From contig NC_087437.1 in assembly GCF_036321535.1 (NCBI RefSeq), positions 104,286,001-104,350,000 of the forward strand: a DNA stretch of 64,000 bases. The letters are read 5' to 3'. Positions within the stretch are counted from its first letter, which is position 1. Every line of letters begins with the position of its first letter. The DNA comes from Camelus dromedarius (Eukaryota). Shown here piece by piece: positions 35,681 through 50,609 of the stretch. Under the pieces are notes generated by a model. The model was not told the origin of the DNA. It saw nothing but the letters and a program-made list of their open reading frames with translations, and ran no database searches. The position numbers were made by a program, and so were the translations under genes.

Positions 35681-38600
35681 TATGATTCAAACACAGAAGA
35701 ATAAGGAGTCTCAGTTAATACCAGAACTGACTTCCTGGCTATATATTCATAGACATGCCAAGAAACAGACTAAAGTTATTCTAAAATGGCACTCGGCACT
35801 CCACCCAATGGCATGTATGTGTTGGCGTCCACGTACAGGAGTGTGGGTGCATGAGCTGCGGGACATCTGCATGTATAAATTGTACTCCTCTCTAGCAGTT
35901 TTAACCCAAGGTACAAATGTTGTATATGCTGTAAGTGCACCGAATTTTTATAATTCAAGTATTGTAATATGTAGTAAGAAGAGATTAACGCTACATTTGT
36001 ATGAGGGAAATGCCCTACTTCATGAACACACACAGAATTTTTTAAAGTTTTCTCATTGTTTCCAAGAATATCTGTTATCATAGTGCAATAAACAAACCCA
36101 ATAATTCAGTACCCTCATGCTAAATACTCCAGATACTTAAAAATTTAACAGCTCAGAATTAATGCCTCTAATGTAACATGGTCAGCACATAAATATTTAA
36201 TCTCACTTCTGTAAACTTTCAGAGTTAGCATATATTGTAGTAAGACTTTAACAGCACCAGCATATAGAGACATAAAGCCCACTTGGTTCATTGTAGCCAG
36301 TGCTTTGAGCCCCCAAATCTCTTACCAGAACTACTTAATTGGAGAAACTTAATTGGAAAAATCTAAAGATAATTATCTTCTCCCTTTAAAATTTTCCTAC
36401 TCAACTGCTAATGGATGTGACAAGACTTTTTTGTTTATTTGGTTTTTTAAGACGTGAAAGTGTGCAAAGGAAAACCAGAAAGGGCAGGCATAATTCCTAA
36501 AATGCTTAATCACTTCTTGAACAAGTTATCAACCCTGTGTACACTTAGACTCCATGCACATGCTCTAGAGATATATAGGAAGCCATAGTAAAAAAATGAG
36601 CTTGTCTTCCACTGAACGCTGTTTAGCAAAATCAAAGTAGACACTGCCCTGACACTAACCTTATAGATGTCACTGTCCCTTCAACTCACCACAGGGTTTT
36701 GGCATTTCAAAAATCAGAGGACTCAATTTTCATCTTTGAGTGAGAGTGCCTTAATGTGAATCTTTAAGAAGCCATTTAAAGTCCTTTAAATCTCCAGGGT
36801 AGAATTAAATTTTTGAACTTGGGTGATGCCCCAAATATCTTTTATTCAGACAGGTGTCAAATATCTAAAACAACACAAGATGTTTATTTGAACACGAGTA
36901 ATTTAACAACAAAGGAGAAGCTGAACTAGGATATGACATCGTGCTCTTTCCTCTGACTCTTTTGAAACAGATCATTAAAAGTTTGTGCTGATGATGCAGG
37001 TGTTTGTTGTGACACTTACCAGCCACCTACACTTTGCATTTGAAAAAAAAAATGCAAAAGCAAACACTGTTAGGGAAACCTATTTCTTTAAATTATCCAA
37101 GAGTAATTTATGCTCCTGAGAAGACAGTGTGTCAGCAAAATTGTTAGGTTTATGATTAAAAGATATGTGCAATTTAATAAGGTTTGTAGGTCAGTGAATT
37201 GGCTTCAGGATTTCAGGCAGGAAGGAAAACAGATTCAAAACAGCTGAGCATAAAAACTGCAATAACAAAAAGAAAACCACAATGGGAAAAAAAAATTAGA
37301 AGACGGAAACCAAACTGTTTCCACAAAAATGAAATCTGATATCATATGATGATCACACACAACATATTTCCAATAAGATGCAAAATAGCAACCGAGGATT
37401 TACATTATAATTGCCACACAGTACTTACTAAATTGAACCGGTTTCTACTTCCTAGAATATTAGAAAAAATACGCATCTATAATTCTGGTTTATTAGCCTG
37501 CTTTAAGGAGATGTTCCCTAGTTTATGCAACTACCAGTCTACAAGAAAAGCAGAAGGAATCAAATTCATGCTTTTGTTTGTTTTGTTTTTTAGTGAATAA
37601 TTTTTTAATTGTTCTTAAAAACACTCAATATAAAAATAATTGAACAATAATAGTTACCATTTGTTGTGTGCTAGACACATTGTTCATTTGTCCCAGTGTA
37701 AATGCAGACACAAAAGAGAGAGAAAATTAGTATCAATCAATGTACAGGGTAATTTTAGGTGAACAATAGGCATTCATGCTGTAGATAAAATAAGTCAAAT
37801 TGGGCATTCAACCTAATTTTTTCTGAGTTATTTTTATTTGATAAACTTAGACTTAACTCTAAATTTCTACTTTCCCATCCTGGAATTATGATTATGTCTC
37901 AAGGTTTTCCAGTATGGGGAAAAAAAAAAAAAAGCCCATTAGTGCTCTGTCATCTAAACACTCTGCTTATCTCTGATTTTCTTAATAGCCCTTAGGTTTG
38001 AAGTTTGATGATTAAGCTAATTTCAATGCCATGGTCAGATTAGAGAAAGCTTGCTAGCACTGGGTACTCACATATTAAACTTTGATCCTCTCTAAGGGCC
38101 TTTTTTTTTTTTTTTTTTTTGGTTTTGTTTTCTTATGAAGACTCTTTCCTTCAAGGAGAATAGTGTTGCTTTAGAATTTGAAGAGTTCTTCGGAATTCTC
38201 CTCAGTGGCTCATGAAAAACATTTCTCCTCACCAAAACTCTGCTATTTGTTTTCCCTCATAATGTGTTCAAATAAAATTATAAAAGATATTAGAGGATTT
38301 TGACTTTAAAGAACATTTTCCAAGGTAAATAATGATAAAAATAATAATGTCAAGAATACTAATATCTTAAAGTATCTTGAGGAGGTTGGAGGTATAACCA
38401 CTTTAATTCAATGTCATATTTCAAGAATTATTTTGCCACATGTGTACAATGAAAATCACAGAATGAGTAAAAATCTGTATAAGAAAGGAACTGAGGAATC
38501 AAGGAGGGAGGGAAAGAGAGCTGATTTGGTTTCACGGCAGCAATGCAAAACTGAAGACAAGCTAGCCCTCAAATAAGATGCTGTCATGATTTTAGTGAAC

Positions 38601-39599
38601 AAATATTTGCCAAGTTTCAGCACTGCCTGAAGTTGCATATTTATTCGACAATTCTCAGTTAGGCAGTTTTGTAATCCGTAGCTTTATCTACTATTGTTAC
38701 AAATATGTTTCACTTACAGACTTCATTTTCTTCTAAATTAGAACTCAATTTATATGCTGATATTCTTGTTCTGTTAGGGTCTATTACGTGTTAATTTCCA
38801 GAAAGCTTCTAAAGTCACTTACAAAAGCTAAGTCAGAATAAAACAGAAGGAATTATACATTAAAACATCCTCCCCCTAAAACAACAAATTGGTTAAAAGA
38901 AGCAAAGAACTCGTATTCTAAGTCAACTTAAATGAAATTTCTGCCATTTAATAATCTTCCTAATAGAAAATCATACATGCTTTCAAAAATTGTGGCAAAT
39001 CAAAGTTGTAAGAGGACCCTGAACATCATTTTCCCTCTTATGAGGAGACAAGCATTTTGTTAGCAATATTATTAGATATTTTAATAATTATGGACTTTCT
39101 GATTAGTTTTACACCTTTGAGCCCAAGAAGTCCAAATTCATGATACTGGAATCTCTTTTTTCTCCGTTACCATAGCATCAGGTTAGTGGACATTTAAATA
39201 TAATCTAGACATCTAATTTGTTCTCAGTCCACAGATGGTTAACAAAGTGAGATGTAGCTACAGAGATCAGCGCAATTTGTCATTCAATTCATCTCACCAA
39301 ATGAAGTGACAGATTATGCTATTGCTGGGTGAGTAATAAGAATTTCATCCCGTCACCTCTTCTCACATCACGTTTCATGAATTCTTATGCGTATTTTCAT
39401 GTCAGATGTATTTAAGGGACAAGAAGTTCACTATGAGGTGACTTCACTTGAAAACTTCATGTTTTCATTTACTTGTTTGAATCATTTCACATTAAATAAT
39501 TTTTTATATTTTATTTACTCTCAAATTATGTTGTAGATATTTACCTCATCAGTTCTGCTTACTCCTAAGTATGTTAAGCACATAATAAATGTTTCAATT

Positions 39600-39850
39600 G
39601 TAGAAGGACCATTAAAGAAAGAGGCTATGAAGCCAGGAGCTGAGTTGTCCATCCTGACTCCAACACTTACTGGCTCAATGACCCTGGCAAGTCATGTAAC
39701 CCCCCTGAGCTGCATCAAGCATATCATATGTAAAATAAGGACAGTAACAGGACTCCTCTCAGTGGATTCTTATAAAGATTAATTAAGATTTTTAAAGATG
39801 TTTTTAAAAGCCTGCCTAATACAGGGAAAACTGTGTATTTATTGTTACCA
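39600..39850 (+). mobile_element. MIR SINE
   Basis: 'cacttactggctcaatgaccctggcaagtcatgtaaccccctgagc..catatgtaaaataagga'. Confidence 0.72.
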
Positions 39851-39889
39851 TCAGTGGCTATGACAAATATTCTCCTAGAGTGTCTAGAT

Positions 39890-40085
39890 TGAAATTTGGC
39901 AAACTTTGTCTTTAAAATGCCAGACAGTACCTATTAAAGTTTCTCAGGACACAGACATCCCTATCACATTTTTGTTTCTTTGTTTTGTTTTTAGATTCTG
40001 TTAAAATAGGAAAACGTTCTTAGCTCACAGGCATGAAAATGCAGGTTAGATTTGGCCCACGGGCTGTAGTTTACTAGTCCGTGGT
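39890..40085 (-). mobile_element. MER58-like hAT-Charlie element
   Basis: Ends 'ttggcaaacttt' and 'gatttggcccacgggctgtagtttactagtccgtg', flanked on both sides by TCTAGA, which matches the Charlie target preference. Confidence 0.75.
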
Positions 40086-43000
40086 CTAGATGATGGGGTC
40101 CCTGCAGAACACAATATACAGTAACAGAGAGGAGGAAAGCCCTGGGGAATTGGGCCAAGTGTCTGGTTGTTTTTCCATGTGTTTTTGATCCTTTTTTTAC
40201 TGATGAGGACTGAACAGAATACTTTTGCTAGACCAGGTAGGTGCTGTATTGGTTAGTGCTAGTAAAAACCTCATAACCGGAAGTAAACTGAGATTAGGAC
40301 TTAACTAACTGGTCATGTTTGGGATAGTCCATATCATTCAGCTCCATCTGCCTAGTTTTGATTGAGACTGTGGTGGGAGCCGCCATCCTTCCATCCCCTC
40401 AGTCATTGAGAGTTTCCCCAGAATATGAAGTGGATTATGATTTCTTTTCTTTCCTCTAATGTTAAATATTTTGCTATTTAAAACAACAAAAAGGAAAGAA
40501 GTCTAGTTTATTGTCCCATTACCTTACAAATCTGACTCTTCCACACTGATAATTGTGGCCAACAATCAAAATCGCCTACAGAAGAAGTTTGTTTTATTCA
40601 TTACAACCACCCATCATATATCACTATGTTTTCTCCTTTTGCTGATGGCTTCAGTCAAAATATATATCCTTTCAGAGAAGCAATGACCTATCTTTAAATA
40701 TAATGTCTGGCCATGCAACGGTTTCTCCTCTCACATTAATAACCTGAGTAAGAAAAACATCTTGTCAAATACATTGGCTGTAATCTCAGTGCCACGTCCC
40801 ATTACCTTTTGGTATGTAATAAAATTTTTCAGATGAACCCTCCCATTTAAATGATTGTACCTCTAAGAACATTCTTATATAAATGCATATTCACCTGGAG
40901 TTCTCAAAATTTCAGAGTGGGTGGAAAAAAATGGTCATTTAATCTCATTATGTCTTTTTCGCTTTTTATACCATCAAGGATATTCATGAAATTTACAAGT
41001 ATGTTTGAGTCGGTTTTACCTCATTTAAGCTGCCTTAAGCCAGTGTTGCTTAGTGTTTCTTTAGAAGCATCACACTCTGATATATTTTGCATTGATCTGC
41101 ATGCACTTTAATGTTTTGAAATATAGAGAATGTATATTAGGAAACACTGGTCTGAGGTTCCATTTATTTCATTACTTCTAGAATTAGTGGGTTTTTTTTT
41201 TTTAAGAAAATAGAGCTACATGCAAAGTACTGAGAAGATATTGAAATTCTGAAATAAATTAACAACGAGGCCAGATAATGTAGGAAAACACAGACACAGG
41301 TATAGCTGCCTTTTCCCAAAGACAGATACTAAACCAGGCCCATTGGCTTAGTCTCCAATCAGAGATGGCTGTGGTGCAAAATTTTAAAATTTCAGCAGCA
41401 TTTCTCCCTGTCACTGTTTGTATGGATGTTACAATAACATCTTTTTTTTTTTATACACAATCCATAAAAATAATTCATTATGCTTTAGGTAATTAAAGCT
41501 TCAGGTAATTAAACTAGCTGATTCTTCTTTAGTGATGGCATTTATATAGACTTTCATTAAGCATTTAGAAACAAAGATAAAGCAAAAGTTCAGTTAAAAA
41601 AATGAACGTATTCTACCTTACATCTAAACTATGATTACTTTTCTGCTTGGAAATGAGTGGTGATTCTACTGCTCTCTGACTTCAGTGCAAAGGAGAGGCC
41701 ACTACCTCTGAAATGGCAGTGGTGCAAATCACACCATGTTTTTCCCAATGTGAGAACAATGATGACTTTAAAATTATGCCTCAACTCAATAACTCATGTC
41801 AATAAGCACAAATGTGGAAATAAATACCATAAACTCAAATATCACACTATTTCTTCTAATTAGTTCCATACCAGAGATGCCTTCAGTTTAAACCCTATTT
41901 CATACACTTTGGATGAGGCTAGTTTCTTTCAGTCAACAGTTTGGACAAATTTCTCTTTTATAGGAATTGTGAGAAAATCAGAAACTTCACGAGGTCCCCA
42001 GTGAACCTACCATAAGTTCCTTTTTCTCTGAAAGTGCTCAATAAACATGATATGCACGATATCCAGTGCTGGCCTTGTCCAGCAAGGCAGCATCAGATAG
42101 TGAGTGAATCTAAGGCAAACTGAGGCAAACAGAAGCAAACTTAGCGTGAGAGACCAAGGATGATGAAGAGGCTTAATCACATTGTCACAGCCCTGCATCT
42201 GGCCACACCTGGAAGAAATAAGGCTCATGGATTTTCTTTTTTTCTTTCATTTGCAAAAGTAAACTTATTTAAGATTTATTTATGTAATTTGCAATTTAGT
42301 TTGAATCAGGTTTACATGGTTTGTAACCCAATGAGAGTCATTCAATACAGATAGTGATATATGACAGAAGATATTGAAAATAACAAACCTTACAGTGCAG
42401 AATTAGCTGTGCTAACATGGGATCAAGAACATGGACTGCATATCGCCACCTTCCGTCCCTAGAGGGGATATTAACATTCTTGTTATATGGAGTCAAAACC
42501 ATTTAATAAATTACTCAACTGCTGTACCTACACATTCAGATTTACTCAACTAAAACTTTCAAGTATGTGATAGAAAACTATCCAGATGTTTGTGCATTTT
42601 GACTACTTTTCCTGGCCTTTCCATACAAAGTCTGTTTATACAAAGCAGCATTTGGTCATACAAACAATTGCAACAGAAGATGATAACTCTATGATGTCAC
42701 TATTATTTGTGAACCTAGAAAATTAAGATTCAAAGAATCTCCACTTCAAGTAAAAAACAAACAAAAACACACCACATCATTCTTTCTTTACCTCACAGGG
42801 AGAATACAGTTAAATAATTAGATAACAGTAATCATGAACATTTAAATTGAATTTATTTAGTAAAAAGTAAAATGGTATTGGACTAAGTTCAACCAGAATC
42901 CAGGAAATGTCTTTTCTATAGACACATTTGTAACTTAACACTTTTGCAAGAATTTTTCAGTGACGTCGTCTCATTGACTGCTGACAGAATGTAACAGTAT

Positions 43001-43639
43001 TAATGGGCATAAGAGCTTAGGTCCTTTTGTGAGGAGGTGATGGATGGTCTTATTTCTTTCTGTTTCATTGTTCAGTATATCTCTTTGAGTCAATGCTGAC
43101 GACTGTAATAAATTCTCATCATATTTCCAGAACCTCTCCTTTATACTGAAGGTTGTTTGGATGTGAGCTTGCCAGCGTTTTCCAATAAAACTCCACTGTC
43201 AATGTCAATTAAAGTAAAATTTGTCAAACAGCTTGTCTAGAAGTCAGATTAATGTTAATTATGCCCCAGAAATAGATGCCTACTTTGATGGGTAGTTTTT
43301 TAAAAAAATTTAAATGACTACATTAGAAGGCATGTAACTCATTGGTTTTATGCTTTATTTTCTTAAGAGTTTTCAATATAGCAAAAAAGTACTCTGTTGA
43401 CTTTTAATGTTAAATTCAATATCACTGCAAAAATAAATCCTGTTTAAAAAAAAACCCCTGTGTACCATTTTATCACTACTTAAATATAGATAGATACAGA
43501 AATATAGATAATATAGAGAGATAGAGACAGAGACAGAGATAAAGAATGTGAACAAAATTGTGAATTGTGAATTCTTTTATTCCAGAAATGCTTTTCCTGT
43601 TACAATTTTGTCTGTCAGCAAATCCCAAATCATAAGACC

Positions 43640-43875
43640 TTATTACAATAGCAAGTTCTGAGATCACAATAGGATTCGAAATTTGACTTCGCAACCAAAG
43701 AGTTCTGTGACCTTGGACAAGCTGTGGAACTTCTGTAAAACTCACTTTCTTCATCTAAATAGTAGAAACATAATGGCTTAACATGAGGAATAATTGAGAT
43801 AAATTACTCAAAGCTGTTGGAAAAACATCGATTACTCAATAGACACCCATAAACGTTTGTTGGCTGTGTTGTTAA
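43640..43875 (+). mobile_element. MIR SINE
   Basis: 'ggattcgaaattt...ctgtgaccttggacaag...tttcttcatctaaatag...gaggaataattgagataa'. Confidence 0.75.
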
Positions 43876-45395
43876 CATTGTGATTCTTTTTATTGTTATT
43901 ATGGAATATCTATTAGCCATTCAACCAAAAATTTATATATTCCAAAGATGTGGCTAGTGATTCTCAGTTATAGTAAAACTATTTGTTTACAAGTTGATAG
44001 CTTATTAAAGTCCTCTATCGTTTATGTGTTGCACATTCATTTTGCTCTGTCAAATTAAGTTTTTATGTCCATTTGAAACTTTAATAGTTCACGATACACC
44101 TTTCTTTATATGTTGGCAGTGTAGCATGACATTTAACACCAGACACTTTGGAGTTCTGGAGAATCTAAGGGGAGTTCAGACCCTGCTACTGCCTGGTCTT
44201 GAGACTTTGGGAATGCACGTATCTTTTCTAAATTGAAAGCCTCCGCAGTGTAATCGTGATTATTACAAATGTGTCTTTGTGGTATAAAAGTCCCCACAGA
44301 ATCAATGAATTTCCAAATACATTTATATTTTTTAAATGAACTTAAAAATCTCAACTGACAAAACAACTTGAAAAATGGAAAATTATAGATGTTTAAAATT
44401 AAAGTGCACCAATCCCTCCACTAGAGATAATTCTAGCTAAAATTATAACTACTTTATTTCCAGTCCTTCTGTGGACCCTGTGGTTCAAACTCAGAGGTAC
44501 AGTTTGTACCTTTCAAAAATTATAAAGTGTTCCCAACTGAAAAATCACATTAACATTGAAAATTTCTGCTGGTTTTACTGTTCACATGCTGGGTTCCTAG
44601 AAGATTTACACATTCTTTTCCCCTATCACCCCCATCCCTTCACCTTTGCTCATACACTGCAGTTCCTGTTTCATTTCCTTCTCTGTTTTCTCTCTTTCTT
44701 CTCCGGAAATCTCTGCCTTTATCAGACACTCTGGACGTTTTACTTTTCCATCCACTTCTATGCCAAAGAAAACATATTATTCACTTTTAATGTAATGTGT
44801 CTCTTATAAAACCTGCTGTCATTTTTTTAAATTTGGTTAAAAATCAATGAAGTTTTGTATTTTTATTAAATTTTACATTGTGGTAATAAACCATAAATCA
44901 TATGTGTAACTATAGAAAACTACAAGATTTTGGTGTGTTGAGTTCATAGGTAACATTATTTCTCTGAATTTTCCAAAGTTTAAAAAATTGATATGCGTTG
45001 ATCAGAAAACAGTATTGCAAAAACGGATTTTAGAAATGTCAGTATCATTTGAGCTGGCAAGTAATTTTAGAAAAAAAAATTACCTCAAGGACAAAAATGT
45101 TAGAAATGCACACCTTTATTTCTCATCAGGGATGTTCTTGATGAAAATCACCCAGTTTCTTGTGTTGATACTTGCCCCATGATGAGTTGCTAGGATACAC
45201 AGTGCTTATTTAAAGAGAAGGAATTGAACCAACTCATAGACAGACTTTTTATTGTGATCAGAAACAACCAAGAGGAAAATTGCCAGAAGTTTTGTATAAA
45301 TTAGTCTGTTATTTCAGCATGCAGTCATTTCTTAGAATATTTTAATCAGTTGTGGATTTCTGAAGCTTTTCTTTGATAGTCTCTCTCCCACATCT

Positions 45396-45860
45396 TGATG
45401 ATAGATAGAAATCATAATGGAGTAATCAATTTCAGACTTGGGTGGCCACTGAGGATCTGGTTTCAGACATGTCCCTGCACATTGAAAACCTGAACTCTCT
45501 GAACTGTACCAAACCTAAGACCACCACTAGCCACTTTTAGAACTTTATTGCTAGTTGCAACCTTATGATCTCAAGGTCTCCTCCTGCAACCATGTAACTA
45601 TTTTTGATCCCACCCAATTTTTGGTTTATAAACATTCTTATTTCTTGCCACCTCCAATCATAATTCTTGACAAACAACTTATGCAACTTACTGTGGCCTG
45701 GCATTTTTTTGCCTTTATAAGTTTCTTCATTTTGTAGTCCAGCAGAACACAACTCAAGTGCCTCTTAAACCTGTGTCTCCCTGACTGAAGTCCTAACAAA
45801 TCCCAAATAAATGTGTCTTTATCTCAATCAGATCTTTGTTTCTGAACATTTAGGTTAACA
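45396..45860 (+). mobile_element. ERV1-type solo LTR (family uncertain)
   Basis: TG...CA ends (3' end 'aggttaaca'), candidate 4-bp TSD atct/gtct, and CCAAT (~45654), TTTATAA (~45714) and AATAAA (~45806) in LTR order. Confidence 0.7.
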
Positions 45861-46304
45861 GTCTCTATTTAATATCACATTCCCCAATATAAGACATACT
45901 TTTTTAGAAATATTATAAATATTTCATGACAACACGTGACAATTATTTTTGAGGAAGAGCAAATTCAATAATTCATGTTTGATTATAATTATGTAATTCA
46001 TATATTTGTCTTCCACTTGCCAATAAATATCATATTTAATCATCTGAGAAGTTAAAATTTGTTTACATGAAGAAACTTCATATTGGAATATCATATTATA
46101 AGGAAAAATTCTCCAGGTCAAACAAAAAAAAATGTCTAGTATAGCAGGAAATTTTAAGTTTGATTCTATAAAAATTTAGAAAATGTTTTGTCAGTCATTG
46201 CATACTTCTGCTATCCATATATCCAAACAAACATGCCAACAACAGATTTCTTCATTAAATATTTGGGATATGTCCTGTAATCCAATTTTCCTTCATGGTT
46301 CAAT

Positions 46305-46712
<408 letters not shown>

Positions 46713-46739
46713 CTTTATAATTTCAAAACCTAGTTATAT

Positions 46740-47440
46740 AACCCATTGCTATGCATTTGCTTAAAATCTCTGTGTGGAGGATTTCTACTTCAGCTTTAAC
46801 ATTTATTCTGAACCTATAAATTCATGTTTCAAATTGCCTGCCAAAAATTAGTGTAAATACTGTGCTAGACTATAATTCAACCTGTTAAATATTAAATGTA
46901 TTTCTAAATGAATGTGTCCTTTTATTTCTTAATGTCCTTAATTTTCCGACAAGACATCAACTTGGCTCATTATGTCACCGTTTTCCAGGGTGTTCAGCAA
47001 AAAAAAAAAAAAAAAAAAAAAGATATCGTTGACTAGATATTTCTCCTCTTCAACTTTCATATTTTCTCAATCATAAGATACATTGTTCTGTCTCTGATAT
47101 GTCACATTAATTTCAAGCCACTTACTGCCTCTATTGCAAATATTGCAAATTCTATATATGTCCTCAGCATTCCTGATTAGGATAATTGCAATAATATCCT
47201 GTTTTCTCTATAGACCTGAAAGTTAGCCTTGATAGCTCATTCTTAATACTGCAGGAAAAATCCAATTAGCCTATTTGCTTACTTGAAATCTTTATTTCCT
47301 ATGCAGTATGGCCTATATTTCTAATACAAGTCATTCCAATGTTGAGCTAAATTGCTGCTACCTATATATAAAGTGTATTTCTCAGTAGCTTACAAATATA
47401 TGTTCTTTTCTACTTTTCATATTTGTGCATTCTACGTCAT
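46740..47440 (+). mobile_element. L2 LINE fragment, decayed
   Basis: L2-like segments such as 'attcatgtttcaaattgcctgcc' and 'cctgattaggataattgcaataatatcctg'. Confidence 0.5.
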
Positions 47441-47481
47441 ATGGATGTACTTATTTATTTTTTTAAATTGCTTTTCACATA

Positions 47482-47838
47482 TGCTATGGAATGAATATTT
47501 ATGTCTTCCCAAATGCATATATTGAAACATAATCCCTGATGGTATTTGGAAGTGGAGTATTTCAGAAGTGATGAGGTTATGAGGATGGAGCCCATGAATG
47601 GGATTAGTGTCCTTATAGAAGAGATCCCAGAGACTTCTTGCATCTTTTCCACTATGTGAGGACGCAATGCAAAGATAGTCATCAATGAACCAGGAAGCAG
47701 GCTCTGACCAGACACTAAATTTGTCTGTGCCTTGATCTTAGACTTCCCAGCCTTTGTAACTGTGAGAGATAAATGTCTGTTATTTATAATTTACCCTGCC
47801 TATGATTTCTGTTATAGCAATCCTAACAGACTAAGAAA
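47482..47838 (+). mobile_element. MLT1A-like ERVL-MaLR solo LTR
   Basis: Starts 'tgctatggaatgaat', contains 'gggattagtgtccttatagaagaga' and 'gccttgatcttagacttcccagcc..aactgtgagagataaatg', and ends 'cagactaaga'. Confidence 0.92.
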
Positions 47839-49334
47839 CATGTCAACACTTTCTTATATTTAAACAAATTCTCAAGTTTTCATAAATCACATTGTAAAGT
47901 TTAAATCAAAAATTTTAAAATCAGTTCATAATTCAATGCTTTAGTGGATTTTACTCAATTAAAAGTGCCACATCTGATCTTTTCCAATTTAAAAAATATA
48001 TTCTTTTCTTTTCAGGTTTAAAATGAAGTGTGGGCCACATTGATTCTGAGTTGTGTGAGCTCGAATATAAATTATATTGCAGATGCAGGCTACAAACTTA
48101 CAAGAATGTTACAACGATATTGCTGTAACTGGTCAGGAACTCCAGGAATTTTAATCTTCGTTCTGTCACAAACCTGCTGTATGACCTTGGAAAGTTAAGT
48201 TCTATGTCTGTGCATTTTTACAGAAAAGATCACTGTTTTATCCAGGCACTTTGATAAACATGTCATCACTGTACAGCGTAACACACAAGGAAAATCAGAT
48301 TCACAGAATGTATGACCTGAAAGAGAACATGAGGGAGTATCCTGTTCATACCTTTAATCTCAGACAGTCCTGCCTATAAACCACTAGTCATATCATGGCA
48401 GAGTCAACGCCGACTGTGGATGGAGCCCAGGCAAGTGACATCTATTTTAGAATTTGAACAAAAATTTAATAAAATGATTTCCTGCTCATTTTAATCATTA
48501 ATTATAAAATACAGCAACCATTCAACTATATATATGATATAGTTTGCCCATTTTTAATGTATTTTTAAACATTATTTTATATACACCCAGTATACTGTTA
48601 CATTTTTTAAGACAAATTGTTAAAGTCACAGCTCTTTAATTTTTTCTGTAAAAGGCTGATTTCACATCTTATCTGTCTTTGCATTTTTCTAATAATATCT
48701 GAAACCTTGCCTCCATTTGCATTAGAACTCCAACCACAAACACATTGTCTAATAAGTTCCGGAAAACTTAGCTTTTGCTCTTAGACACTGAAGAAATTAA
48801 ATCTTAGGGCAATCTTATTTAACTTGGATTCACAGAGCCTTATTCAGCACACAGTATTCTTAAAAGGGTGGCTTTACTTAACTAATGTGTTCTTTCATTA
48901 ACTTCTACATATATATTTTCTTTATAACTCTACATTATATAACTTTATGTTAAATAATTTAAACAAGCATTTGATTATAAGAAATATTATGGTAGATCAG
49001 AATTAGTTAATTTTGAGTAAAGTGCTAAGCTGACATAGGGAAACATCTTTTCTGGGCAACACATTTACTGAACCTCTGCTAAATATTTTTGGCATGTGAA
49101 AAATCAAAGATTGCACAATTTGGATTGAAAAGAGAATGAGAGTATTTGTAATAACTCTCATTTAAAAGCTGCCTTCACTTATTTATGAACTATGTACATT
49201 CTGAGTGTGACATTTTAGAGAAATATACTAAATCACCAAGTCTTAGTTATAAAGAAGGCACATTAATGAAATTCCTGGTATTATATTATTTTTGGGTACT
49301 TCAAATTACTAATTACTGATTCATTCACATGCTG

Positions 49335-49570
49335 CTAAAATCAATGTTGACATATAATACATATGTAATAAGATGCATCTATTTTAAGTGATCAGTTCGT
49401 TAAGTTTTGACAAATATATTTACTTGCATCTATATAACTCCTATAAAGTTTCAGGATATTTTAATAGACTTGCAAATTCCCTCTTGCTCCATTTATAATC
49501 AATGTTTCTCCCCCTTGCTCTAGGCAACCACTGATCTGCTGTCTGTCAGTCTAGATTAGATTTGTCTGTT
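49335..49570 (-). mobile_element. Old LINE-1 3' UTR terminus
   Basis: 'ttttaagtg..cagttc..taagttttgacaaata' and 'ctaggcaaccactgatctgctgtctgtc'. Confidence 0.75.
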
Positions 49571-49664
49571 AGCATTTGTTCACCTTGTTGAATCTGAGCT
49601 TGTGATTTCTCACCTCATAAGGAATTTCAGCTGTCAGTTTTGTCAGTAATCATTAGTTTCATCA

Positions 49665-49810
49665 TTAGTTTCATTTTACAGATGAGGATATTACACCACC
49701 AAATGTTTAGGTGGCTTGGCTTCAATTCTATGACTAGTTAGAATCTCAGTAAGTAATTTGTGTAACTCTGACCAGGGACTTCTTATCTTTATTACTCTTT
49801 ACACACCGCA
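49665..49810 (-). mobile_element. MIR SINE
   Basis: Antisense core 'cattttacagatgaggata...gtttaggtggcttg'. Confidence 0.58.
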
Positions 49811-50609
49811 AATCATGAAAAACACAATATGATGAAAATTTCAAATGATTTATCCTTATATTATGCCAACTATTTATAAAATAGAGTAAGTTATCTCTTT
49901 TCTACTTTATATTTTTGAATAAATTTCTTTATAAACTGAACTTACATTTCAGTAGCACTGGAACTTTTATAAATTTATCATAAACATTTTAATTCCACCA
50001 ACTTGGACTGTATTTGGAGCTAGTCGTGATTGACATGAAACTTTTCTTCGGTGATGCTGTGAGAACAGCCACTAATCTCATCTTTTAAAAGTGACATTTT
50101 AAGTGACAGAGGATAACTGCCTTTCATTTATGTTTTTAAAATGTTAAAAATGTTAACGTTTGATTTCTTTGCCAAATTTGACTCTTTTTAAATAACCCAA
50201 TTACTAAGGTCTCGTAGTTATCAGAATAATAGTCAAAGAGAACACAATTTTTCATAAATTGAATTTAATTAAAACTGTGTTTATCTCTTAAAATCAGAAT
50301 ATATCCTGACAATAAAGTATTATAAAATATGTTAAAACTGAAAAGAATAAATAGCAAAAAAAATTCTGAATGTGACCGTGTGCAAAAGAATATATTAAAT
50401 CATACATATACTACTGAGTATCAAGTAAATAAAACTGGAACAGTGAGAAAAAGGTTTTGAGCTTATATGTTGCAACACTTATGCAAAGAAGCATGATGTA
50501 CTTTCTCTTCAGCGTTTTACTTTTTTTACATGACTAAATATTCCCCTCCTAATTTTTCTCCATTTGGGCACTAGAATAGAGTTTGCAGTAAAAATATATT
50601 AACTTTATT

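Noticed and set aside
35682..36083. 133-aa ORF with an overlapping antisense ORF
   Set aside because: No recognisable domain, splice structure or promoter context; the length is compatible with chance.
47995..48060. Strong acceptor 'ttcttttcttttcag' with possible GTGAGC donor
   Set aside because: The donor context is weak and there is no supporting ORF; such acceptors are common in T-rich DNA.
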